Below are positions 21,800 through 30,598 of a DNA stretch of 64,000 nt, piece after piece. The DNA is from Sphingopyxis sp. Lineage in GTDB: Bacteria; Pseudomonadota; Alphaproteobacteria; Sphingomonadales; Sphingomonadaceae. Position 1 is the stretch's first letter; each line of letters opens with the position of its first letter. The notes below the pieces were generated by a model. That model worked only from the letters and a program-made list of their open reading frames with translations, was not told the origin of the DNA and did no database searches. Both the position numbers and the translations under genes were made by a program. The stretch is from assembly GCA_051861185.1 (NCBI GenBank), contig JBIMKQ010000018.1:9213-73212 (forward strand), written 5' to 3'.

Positions 21800-22285
21800 A
21801 TGATCGAACGTCGTTACATACTCGGCGGACTTGCGCTCGGCGGTGCCGTCATCGGTGCACCGATGCTGTTTGCCAAATCGTCGCGCCCGAAAGCGCAGCC
21901 CGGCTGGCAGCTGTCCGATGCCGAATGGAAAAAGCGCCTGTCGCCGCTGCAATATCGCGTTCTGCGCGAAGCGGCAACCGAACGCCCCTTCACAAGCCGG
22001 CTCGACAAGGAAAAGCGCGCGGGCACCTTCCTGTGCGCCGGCTGCGCGCTGCCGGTTTATGCCAGCAAAACCAAGTTCGACAGCGGCACCGGCTGGCCCA
22101 GCTTCTGGGCGCCGCTGAAGGGCGGCATTGCGACATCGACCGATTATGATCTCGGCTATGCGCGCATTGAAGTCCATTGCAAACGCTGCGGCGGCCATCT
22201 CGGCCATGTCTTCAACGACGGGCCAAAACCCACCGGCAAACGCTATTGCATGAACGGCGCGGCGCTCACTTTCCGCCCCGCCTGA
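21800..22285 (+). CDS. msrB: Peptide-methionine (R)-S-oxide reductase with putative Tat signal
   Basis: TERPFTS, KFDSGTGWPSFW, GHLGHVFNDGP, RYCMNGAAL; N-terminal ERRYIL. Confidence 0.95.
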   Translation: MIERRYILGGLALGGAVIGAPMLFAKSSRPKAQPGWQLSDAEWKKRLSPLQYRVLREAATERPFTSRLDKEKRAGTFLCAGCALPVYASKTKFDSGTGWPSFWAPLKGGIATSTDYDLGYARIEVHCKRCGGHLGHVFNDGPKPTGKRYCMNGAALTFRPA

Positions 22286-22289
22286 GCCC

Positions 22290-24164
22290 TTAACCGGGCG
22301 TTACCCGCCATACCGACAGCCCCGCGCGCGTCCCGACCGGGACCGCTTCGAGCCATATAGGCGGCTTTCCGGCGTATAGCTGCGCCGCGATCGCATCCGG
22401 GCGTGCGCGGCGATATTTGGTGAAGTCGTTTGCGGTGCGGCAAAAGACGATCAGCGTCGCCTTCTGCTTGCGGACGAGCGCTTCGGCCTTTGCCGGATCG
22501 TCGGCAAAGACACGGATCGCATCGGCCATCGCGTCCTTGTTGCGATGATGCGGGGTCGCGACCAGGCTGTGCCGCGTCCGAAAGATCAGCGGCGCGCCCA
22601 GATCGATCGGGGTCAGGATCGTCGTGACCGGCAAATGGTTCAGCGCCGCGATCGCTGCCGGATCGAGGCAATCCGCGCGATACGGATGCGCCGCCGCAAT
22701 CGCTTCGGCCGCCTTGTCTTCGCGGGCTTCGGGCGATGGAAAGACCATAGCGAAGATCGCAGCCGCCGCCATTCCGCCCAGCAGCGGCAGGGTCAATGCC
22801 GCCATCGCCGACGCCAGAATGCGCGGCAGGGGCGATGGAATCGTTCGCGCCCATGCCCATGCGCGCAGCCCGAGCCAGGCACAGCCGGGCAGCGCGAACA
22901 GGTGCGCGGTCGACGCGCTGCGCAGGACAAGCAGCGACAGCGCCGCCGCGCCGACCAGCGCGACGATCACCGTAGCCCAGTTCTTGCGGTCAACGGCTAC
23001 GGCGCAGCTCCGCCACGCCAGCAACGACCCGGCAAGACCGACGAGCGACGGAACGAGCACATGGATCGCATCGGCCGGTTTCGACACCCACAAGGGCTGG
23101 CCTTCGAGGACATGCCGGTACCAATATTCCACGACGATCGGATCGAGCGTGGCGAAGGGGCCTTTCGCGCACTGGGGTTCGGTCCACACCAACGCGCCGG
23201 CGGCCGAAAGACCTGCCAGCCCCAACAGCAGAAACCGGGTCCACGGCAGCCCCGGCCGGGCCCGAACGGCGGCAAAAGTCACCGCTGCGGCCGCAACGAA
23301 CGCCGCCATATAGGGCGCCGAAAGCGAATCGCACCAATGTCCCATGAGCCCCGCGGGACCGCGCGTCAGGAACTGGAATAACAGTCCCCCGGCCGCAAGC
23401 GCACCCATATAGCCGCACAGCCGCGCCCGATCCGCGTCGCGCCCGTGCAGCGCCCAGCGCAGCGCGGCGAGGCCGGCGAACAGCGTGACGATCGGCAATC
23501 CTTCGATCGACACCGCCAGCAACGCCGCGGCGGACAAGCCGCCCAGCAGGCCCGCACGCCAGGTCGCGGGCCGAAGCGCCTGCGCCATGATCAGCATCGC
23601 GAAGAAAATCTGCCAGCCATGATGGTCGATCCGCAGCGGGCGGAACTGCGCGACGATATAGGCCGACATGATCAGAAAAAGCGGCGCGACATAGGCGATG
23701 CGCCGGTCGGACAGGCTGCGGTAGCCGAGGGCGCAGACGACGCTGAGCGCGGCGCCGAGCATCGGCGGCCACAATGTCATCACGATCCGTTCGGCCATCG
23801 CCTGCCCGAACAGCGGTTTCAGCAGCAAGATACCGGCCGCCAGCGGCGCATCGACGATCCGCGACCAGTGCATCAGCACCCCGCCGCCCGCCGGATTGAC
23901 GCGATATTGCGACAAATCCCACCAGCTTTGCCCGGCAAGAAGGTCGCGCACCTGCGCGATGCGCATCGCATCGTCGGTATCCGGAAGATCGAGCGCGCCG
24001 ATCGCCTGCCATCGCGCGACGATGGTGATCAGGCTCATCGCCCCCCAGAGGATCAGCGCGATCCGGACCGGCGTAAACCACGCGCCGAGCGCAATGCCCC
24101 CCGGTGCGGGCGGAGAAACCGGCGGCACCGCGCCGCCTGCGGCAGGCGCGGATGTTTCGCTCAT
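22290..24164 (-). CDS. GT-C fold polytopic membrane glycosyltransferase (STT3/AglB-like architecture)
   Basis: Acidic DTDD in the first periplasmic loop, RIDHHGWQ, many TM segments, soluble C-terminal domain with ILTPIDLG. Confidence 0.65.
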   Translation of the reverse strand: MSETSAPAAGGAVPPVSPPAPGGIALGAWFTPVRIALILWGAMSLITIVARWQAIGALDLPDTDDAMRIAQVRDLLAGQSWWDLSQYRVNPAGGGVLMHWSRIVDAPLAAGILLLKPLFGQAMAERIVMTLWPPMLGAALSVVCALGYRSLSDRRIAYVAPLFLIMSAYIVAQFRPLRIDHHGWQIFFAMLIMAQALRPATWRAGLLGGLSAAALLAVSIEGLPIVTLFAGLAALRWALHGRDADRARLCGYMGALAAGGLLFQFLTRGPAGLMGHWCDSLSAPYMAAFVAAAAVTFAAVRARPGLPWTRFLLLGLAGLSAAGALVWTEPQCAKGPFATLDPIVVEYWYRHVLEGQPLWVSKPADAIHVLVPSLVGLAGSLLAWRSCAVAVDRKNWATVIVALVGAAALSLLVLRSASTAHLFALPGCAWLGLRAWAWARTIPSPLPRILASAMAALTLPLLGGMAAAAIFAMVFPSPEAREDKAAEAIAAAHPYRADCLDPAAIAALNHLPVTTILTPIDLGAPLIFRTRHSLVATPHHRNKDAMADAIRVFADDPAKAEALVRKQKATLIVFCRTANDFTKYRRARPDAIAAQLYAGKPPIWLEAVPVGTRAGLSVWRVTPG

Positions 24165-24592
24165 GCCGCGGCGGCCCGGAACACGATATGGCGGCGGAGC
24201 AGATAGGTGGTCTGGAAGCTGACAATGATCGCGAGCAGTTTCGCGAGCCGCGGATCGAGGCCGAGCGCGCTCCCCCCGCCGACGATTGCCGTCGTGACGG
24301 CAAGCCCGACCAGGGCCGACCCGACGAACAGAAGCTTCTGGCGATGCCGTTCACCGGTCCCGCGCGCCGCGGCGCCATCGGCAAAGACGAGGCGGCTCGA
24401 CACCATCCAGTGCACGAGGATCCCGGCACAATAGCCGATCGCCGACGCCGCAACCGGCGACAGCCCGGAGTCGAGGAGCAACAGGAACAGGCCCGCGTCG
24501 CTGCCCAGCGCGAGAGCGCTGGCGAGCAGATAGTTCAGCCAGCGGATCTCGCCGCGCCGAACCGACGCGATCAATTTGGTGGCGGGGTGCAC
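24161..24592 (-). CDS. GtrA family protein (lipid-linked sugar flippase)
   Basis: Four TM segments; YLLASALALGSD, SSRLVF, AKLLAIIVSFQTTYLLRRHIVF; GTG start inferred. Confidence 0.85.
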   Translation of the reverse strand: MHPATKLIASVRRGEIRWLNYLLASALALGSDAGLFLLLLDSGLSPVAASAIGYCAGILVHWMVSSRLVFADGAAARGTGERHRQKLLFVGSALVGLAVTTAIVGGGSALGLDPRLAKLLAIIVSFQTTYLLRRHIVFRAAAA

Positions 24593-24617
24593 GATCGGAG
24601 CGCCTCCGGCCAAAGCC

Positions 24618-26151
24618 CTACGCGGCCTTCGATACACGCGACGGCACGTCGCGGACCGAAGCCAGCGCGGCCTGCTCGCCCTCGGTGCCGCTCTCATGAT
24701 ATTCGGCATCCTCGTTGACGCCCCAGATATCATAGAGTTTTTCGCCCGCGACGATGTTGCGCACGGTCAGCATCGCGGTCATCATCGCATGATCCTGGTT
24801 GTTATAGCGGTGCATGCCGTTGCGCCCGACCATGTGCAGCGTCGGGTAACGCGCCTCGAGTTCGCTGCGCATCGTTTCGACATGCTTGGCATAATCATCG
24901 TCATAGACCGGATAGGCCTTTTCCTGCCGCACCACGGCGCCGCCGACGACATCTTCCGGATCGCAAAGACCCAGGATTTCCATTTCGGTCGTCGCCAGCG
25001 CGACCAGCTTCTCGTCGCTCGCCGCCCAGAGCCCGTCGCCTTCGAAACAGAAATATTCGAGGCCGACGCACGCCATGTCGGGATCGGGCACCATTTCGGG
25101 CGACCAGCTACGGAAATTCTGCACGCGGCCGACCTGCACCTTGCTGTCGTGGATATAAATCCAGTTGTCGGGGAACAGGTCTTCCGACCGAATCTTGAGC
25201 GCGACCGTCAGGAAGTCCCTATATTTCAGGTTCGGCGCGGCGTTCAGCGCGCACGCGGGCAGCGGATGGATCCGCGCCGCGAGCTCGCGCATCGGCGCCG
25301 AACTGATCACATGCGCCGCATCGATCACGATATCCCCGTCGGGGCCGGTCGCGGTCATTCGCCAGCGTCCGGTTTTCTGATCCTGCGTCAATTGCTTGAA
25401 GCTGTGGCCCATCAGCACATGGTTGCCGCCCGCCACGACCTTGTCGCGCGCCGCGTCCCACATCATGCCGGGGCCAAGCCGCGGGTAGCGGAAGGTTTCG
25501 AGCAACGTCTTGGTCGCCATGCCGTCATTCGGGCGCTTGTTGAGCCCCAGGCTGCGCTTCAGCCCGTCGAGCACCGCCGCCGAGGCTGAGCCCCTTGATG
25601 CGCTGCGCCGCCCAGTCGGCCGACATTTCGTCGCACGGCATGCCCCACACCTTCTCGGTATAGGTCTTGAAAAAGATCGAATAGAGCTTCCGGCCGAACT
25701 GGTTGATCGTCCAGTCCTCGAAACTGCGAACCTTCTTGTTCGGAAACAGCTTCGCCTGCGCATAGCTCACCATGCACAGCGTCGAGCGAATGATGCCCAG
25801 GTTCCACAAGGCCTCGAACGCCCGCAAGGGATAGCTATAGAATTTGCCCTCATAATAGATGCGGCTCATCCGCGGGCGCTCGATGAAATCATGCGGAAGG
25901 ATCTCGTTCCACAAGTCGACGACCTCGCGGCTCTTCGAAAAGAAGCGATGGCCGCCGATGTCGAAACGAAAGCCCTCATGCTCGACGGTGCGGCTGATCC
26001 CGCCGACATAGACCGGATCCTTTTCGATCACAGTCACGCTATAACCCTGCTGGGTCAGCTGATAGGCGGCGGTCAGCCCCGCCGGACCCGCGCCGATAAT
26101 GGCGACGTCGACACTCGTCGGACGGTTTTTCGAACCCAAGGTTTCGAACAT
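24618..26151 (-). pseudogene. FAD-dependent oxidoreductase (UDP-galactopyranose-mutase-like), frameshifted near 25575-25590
   Basis: N half 25525-26151 (IIGAGPAG, DIGGHRFFSK, WAAQRIKGLSL) and C half in another frame (AAVLDGLKRSLG...RYPRLGPGMMW...YPVYD...GRNGMHRYNNQDH) join at one point. Confidence 0.85.
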
Positions 26152-26313
26152 CGATTACTTCCCCACAGGCATATTCATGCTCGCTACCCCTGTGGCCAAT
26201 CATGGATAAAAATTGGTTAACATCGACCCGGGTTTCTGGCGAAGGCGCGGCCTGTCGGCTTGGGAAGAGCGCCGAATTGCTGTAAACAGGCACCAGCCAA
26301 GGAGGCGCATGTC

Positions 26314-27276
26314 ATGGCTGGCGGTCTGGCAATCGTATTGAGCGGCGGCGGCGCCAAAGGCGCCTTCCAGGTCGGCGTCGTCCACGAACTGGTGGTCAAC
26401 CGCGGCGTTCGACTCGACATCGTCGCGGGCGTATCGACCGGCGCGATCCAGGCGCTGGGGGTCGCACAGGACGATGTTCCGGGCCTGCTCGATGCCTGGC
26501 TCGGGATCAAAGGCAACAGCTCGATCTACAAGTCGCGACCGCTGGGCGTGGTCGGCGGGCTGCTCGGCGAAGATGCGCTTTACGACACCGCCCCATTGAA
26601 ACGTCTGCTCAAGGGTTTCGCGAACGATGCAAGGCTGCGTGCGAGCGGCCGCAAAATGCTGCTCGGCGTCGTCAATCTCGGCACCGGCACCTATCGCAGC
26701 ATCGACGAAAGCGTGCCCGGCATCCACAATTGGGTCTATGCCAGCTGCGCGATGCCTTTGTTCTTCGATCCGCTGAAAACCCGCGCGAGCGACGGGACCG
26801 AGGAGCAATGGGTCGATGGCGGGGTGCGCGACGTGACCCCGCTCAGCGCCGCGCTCGAAATGAATCCGCGCGGCGTGATCGCCGTGCGCGCGTCCCCCGC
26901 ACCGCGCCCCGGCCCGGTGCGTATCTTTCCCAACCTGATCAAGATCGGGCTGCGCGCGGTCGATATCCTCCAATCCGAAGTTTCGGCCAACGATCTTGCC
27001 GGCGCCGCGCTGATCAACGACCTGATCGCGGCGCGCGAGGGTCAGCTCCGCGCGCTGCAAGGCGAAGGCATCGGCGCTGCGCAGGCGGCACGCATCCTCC
27101 GCCCGCTCGACGTCCAGATCGCGCGTTACCGCTTCGCCCCGATCCGCGTCATCGAACCCGAGGAAGAAGTCGCCGAAACGCTCGAATTCAACCCCGTGAA
27201 AATTCGCGCCGCGATCGACGCCGGACGGCGGGCGGTCGACCGCGAATGGGATGCGCTCGAACCATTGCTCAGCTGA
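26314..27276 (+). CDS. Patatin-like phospholipase
   Basis: GGGAKG oxyanion loop, GVSTG nucleophile, DGG motif; GGAGG RBS. Confidence 0.92.
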   Translation: MAGGLAIVLSGGGAKGAFQVGVVHELVVNRGVRLDIVAGVSTGAIQALGVAQDDVPGLLDAWLGIKGNSSIYKSRPLGVVGGLLGEDALYDTAPLKRLLKGFANDARLRASGRKMLLGVVNLGTGTYRSIDESVPGIHNWVYASCAMPLFFDPLKTRASDGTEEQWVDGGVRDVTPLSAALEMNPRGVIAVRASPAPRPGPVRIFPNLIKIGLRAVDILQSEVSANDLAGAALINDLIAAREGQLRALQGEGIGAAQAARILRPLDVQIARYRFAPIRVIEPEEEVAETLEFNPVKIRAAIDAGRRAVDREWDALEPLLS

Positions 27277-27283
27277 TAGGTTG

Positions 27284-27313
27284 AATGACCGGAATCGACC
27301 GATTGCGGACGCT
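27284..27313 (+). repeat. Palindromic site upstream of the orphan immunity gene
   Basis: GACCGG-AATCG-AC-CGATT-GCGGAC; related to 27761-27785. Confidence 0.5.
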
Positions 27314-27336
27314 CAGAAAATCAGCTGAATGGAGCG

Positions 27337-27753
27337 ATGAAACCGTTCGACCCAACCAAAACGCTAGAAGATCTTATCGGCGTCCGTGCTGGTGATCCTG
27401 ATGTCGCGGAGACTCCACTGATCGAGCGGGTCATTAGATCGTGGAAGAAGCCGTTGTGCGATTTGTCCGACGACGAAATCGGCCGCCTCGTGGTGCAACG
27501 CGATGGCTTTCCTTACATGCTCGACCTTGTTTGGCCGAAGCTAGAACATGATCCTTTGTTCGACGGAGGTTATTATCCGGGCGACGTCCTTTCCAGTCTC
27601 ATTCGATGCGAGCCGCAGGTCTGGACCGCTCGTCCCAATTATCTTGCACAACTGGCGTCTCTTTATCAGCGAGCACTCAGCAGTGAACCGGAGGAAAATG
27701 AGGCGTTTCGGGCAAGTCTTGATCTTCCAGACGAAGGCGGGATAATTTCCTGA
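27337..27753 (+). CDS. CdiI-like (contact-dependent inhibition immunity) protein, orphan
   Basis: KTLEDL...KKPLCDLSDDEIGRLVVQ...DPLFDGGYYPGDVL resembles CdiI_3-type immunity proteins as recalled; GC clearly below the flanks. Confidence 0.6.
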   Translation: MKPFDPTKTLEDLIGVRAGDPDVAETPLIERVIRSWKKPLCDLSDDEIGRLVVQRDGFPYMLDLVWPKLEHDPLFDGGYYPGDVLSSLIRCEPQVWTARPNYLAQLASLYQRALSSEPEENEAFRASLDLPDEGGIIS

Positions 27754-27760
27754 ACGTTAC

Positions 27761-27785
27761 GTCCGCTTCCCACCCCAATGCGGCC
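27761..27785 (+). repeat. Palindromic site downstream of the orphan immunity gene
   Basis: GTCCGC-TTCCCACCCCAAT-GCGGCC, beginning 8 nt after the stop codon. Confidence 0.5.
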
Positions 27786-27794
27786 TAACGGCCT

Positions 27795-30566
27795 CTATCG
27801 CGCACCATCTCCCGCGCCGGGTGGTCCGCGCGCGCTGTTACTGCCCGCCGATGGCTCGCCCTGCACCGCGACATCGCGCCGCAGCGGCTTCAACGCCAGC
27901 GTGCCGAGCCGCACCCGCGGGGTCGCCTTGCCCGGCACCGCGGCAATCGCAAAACCGCCGTCCAGCCGCAATGCCGCAGCCGATGCCTTGCCCAGCCGCA
28001 CCGCATAGCGGCCATAGGCGACGCCTTCGAACAGGAAATATCCGTCGAATTCGGTGATCGTCGTCGCGCGCACGCGTCCTTCGGCATCGATCAGTTCGAC
28101 GCCGAGCCCCTCGATCACATTGCCGCCGTCGCGCCGGGCAGTCCCCTCGATCTCGCCCGCCGCCACCATCGGCAACGCGATGCGCGTCGCGACCCCCGGC
28201 CGCGGCGACACAACGACGCCGGGCAGCGCCGGCTGGACATAGGGGTCGGGCAGGCTGCCGGCGTCGATGCCGATCATCACCGGGCGGAACGGCTCGAGGC
28301 CATCGATCGTCCCCCGGCCATCCTTATCGGTCGCGGCCTCGACATAGGCGTTGCCCGCGGTCAGCGGCACATCCGGAAGCGCGGCTTCGCCGGGCTGGCG
28401 GATGCCGTCGCCATTGTCGTCCATCCACACATCGGCGATCACCTGGCCGCGGCTCGCGAGCTTTTCGCTCGACACGCGCCAGCCGCCATTTGATTTCGGC
28501 CCAAAGCTGAACGCAAGCGCGAGCGACGCCGCGACCGACCCGTCGCTCGCCACTTCACCGAACCCCGTCAGCTGCAACTTGTTGAAACGGCGTGTATATC
28601 CGACGCCCGCACGCGCGCGATCGAGCCCGCGATCGTAACCGACTTCGGCCCGCCATTCGGCATCACCCTTCCCCGCCCATTCGCCGATTACCGCCATGCG
28701 CGTGTCGCTATTGTCGCCCGACAGCGCAAAGCGCGCCTCACCGCGCAGGCGGACGCGCCCGATCCGGGCATTGGCGAGCAGGCTGGCGGTCAGATTGTCG
28801 GGCGGATCGGGGCCGATGGGCACCTTCGTCCGGCTCCAGTCGAGCTGGCCGGTGAAGGTCAGCGCCCGAAAGCTCGCCGACGCCCGCGCGCTCGCCTCGA
28901 GACTTTCGATTCCCGAGCGCCGCTCGACCTGCCGCACGTCGAAATGCAGCGGCAGCACCGTCTGCCCCAGCTTCACCGACTGGTCGACCGAGATCGAATA
29001 GAGGCCGTGGATGCCGTTGATGAAACGATCGGACACGAAGCCGCCCCAGCCGCGCATCGCATCGGCGCGCACATAGGTTTCGCCGAACGCCGCCAGCCAG
29101 CTCGCGCGCGCCGCGCCGCTACCATTGTCGGCATAAGAGCCCCCGACCTCGATCAAGGTCGGCCCGATCGACCGGCGCACCGCCGCCTCGCCGTAATTGT
29201 ACCGGACATTCTCGATCATCAGGCTGTGAAGATAAGCCGCTGCGGACGTTCGTGTGCCCAGCCCGCGCTCGATTCCCATCGTCCCGCGCCAGCCGCGCCG
29301 GAACGCCCCGCGCCGCGGGTTCCCGAATTCGACCAGGTCGGCATTTTCCTGCGCGAAACCCGCCCAATACCAGGTCTGCTGAGGCGGGATCGAATCCATC
29401 CCCACCTGCACCTGCTTGATTTCGCGGCGAATCTGTCCCTGCGGGCCATAGAGCACGATCTCGAAACGGTTCGATCCATATTGCAGCGGCACGTCGATGA
29501 ATTCATACCGCCCGTCGCCGTTCGGGCTGGTGAAGGCGAGCAATTGCCCGTTGCGATAAAGTTCGGCATCCCAGCCGGCGGGCAGGTCGCCGCGGAAGGT
29601 CGTCTTGTCGAAACTGTCGGGACGCTCCACCGGGCGATTGGTCAGCACCGCGCCGCGCCCCGGCGCCGACGATGCAACGATCCCGGTCGATAGCAGGCTG
29701 ACGTCGCCCGCCGCATAATGCGTCGCCTTCAGCGGCCCGAGCAGCTGCCCCTGCGGATCGGTGCGATAGAGCCGCATGCGCAAACTGTCGGGCACACCCT
29801 CATTATCCGACGACAGCCGCGCGTCGAAACTCTGCCCCAGCACCTCGCCCGCAGCAAACACCTCATAGCGCTCCTGAACATAGGATCCGCCGCGTTTGTC
29901 CGACACGAACCCCGCCGAAGCGACGACATCGACCGACGGCGTCGCCCACGCCTGATACGGCCGTTTTGCCTGCGGCAGGCTCGCGAGGTCGAAGGCGGCT
30001 TGCGGACGAATTCCCGCGGCGCGCGCGCGCCGTTCGGCGGCGAGCTGGAACGGCAACTTGTCCTTCGTGTCGATACGCAGCACCGCGTTCGAAAGATCGG
30101 CCGTCAGCGGCACGCCCAGCCATTTGTTCAGGCTATCCAGATCGACGCACCAACCCGCGGGCGTGTCGCGGATCATCGCCGGGGTCAGCCGAAAGCTCTC
30201 GCTGCCCGCGCGGACTTCGCCCGCATCGCGATCGATCGTCAGGCCGCGCCGCTCGTCGAACACCCAGCCGGTTGCGCGGCGCAACTTCCTGTCGACACGC
30301 ACCGCGAGATCGAGCGCGAGCACGACATCGGCCAGATCGACGCATACCCCCTGCGGCGTCTGGTACCCGCGCACCCCGTCGCCCAGCCGGTACTGCCCCG
30401 AACGCACATCGAACAGCCAGCTGTCGTCCTCGTTCGGCGCCCACATGTCGGCCGCGATCGACACCGGCTTTTTCTCAACGGCCGCGGCGCCGGCAGGGAC
30501 CATCCCCACCAGCGCCAGTCCGGCCAATATCGCCGGTTTCCATCGGGAAAGCGCCGCGCGGATCAT
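27795..30566 (-). CDS. Fimbrial usher-like outer membrane protein with C-terminal carboxypeptidase-regulatory/SdrD-B-like domains
   Basis: Signal peptide; plug-like FRGDLPAGWDAELYRNGQ...VPLQYGSNRFEIVLYGPQG; long amphipathic beta region; VWMDDNGDGIRQPGE. Confidence 0.7.
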   Translation of the reverse strand: MIRAALSRWKPAILAGLALVGMVPAGAAAVEKKPVSIAADMWAPNEDDSWLFDVRSGQYRLGDGVRGYQTPQGVCVDLADVVLALDLAVRVDRKLRRATGWVFDERRGLTIDRDAGEVRAGSESFRLTPAMIRDTPAGWCVDLDSLNKWLGVPLTADLSNAVLRIDTKDKLPFQLAAERRARAAGIRPQAAFDLASLPQAKRPYQAWATPSVDVVASAGFVSDKRGGSYVQERYEVFAAGEVLGQSFDARLSSDNEGVPDSLRMRLYRTDPQGQLLGPLKATHYAAGDVSLLSTGIVASSAPGRGAVLTNRPVERPDSFDKTTFRGDLPAGWDAELYRNGQLLAFTSPNGDGRYEFIDVPLQYGSNRFEIVLYGPQGQIRREIKQVQVGMDSIPPQQTWYWAGFAQENADLVEFGNPRRGAFRRGWRGTMGIERGLGTRTSAAAYLHSLMIENVRYNYGEAAVRRSIGPTLIEVGGSYADNGSGAARASWLAAFGETYVRADAMRGWGGFVSDRFINGIHGLYSISVDQSVKLGQTVLPLHFDVRQVERRSGIESLEASARASASFRALTFTGQLDWSRTKVPIGPDPPDNLTASLLANARIGRVRLRGEARFALSGDNSDTRMAVIGEWAGKGDAEWRAEVGYDRGLDRARAGVGYTRRFNKLQLTGFGEVASDGSVAASLALAFSFGPKSNGGWRVSSEKLASRGQVIADVWMDDNGDGIRQPGEAALPDVPLTAGNAYVEAATDKDGRGTIDGLEPFRPVMIGIDAGSLPDPYVQPALPGVVVSPRPGVATRIALPMVAAGEIEGTARRDGGNVIEGLGVELIDAEGRVRATTITEFDGYFLFEGVAYGRYAVRLGKASAAALRLDGGFAIAAVPGKATPRVRLGTLALKPLRRDVAVQGEPSAGSNSARGPPGAGDGAR

Positions 30567-30598
30567 CGTCCCGCCCGCTTCGCTCCGGCCTTACGCCG

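Noticed and set aside
24618-26151. Flavoprotein as HemY protoporphyrinogen oxidase
   Set aside because: HemJ is already present, the context is GtrA/GT-C, and the motifs fit UGM-like proteins better
26205-26222. CtrA box upstream of the flavoprotein/patatin pair
   Set aside because: Only a single TTAAC half site
26314-27276. Patatin as a CBASS CapV effector
   Set aside because: No CD-NTase or cap genes are nearby
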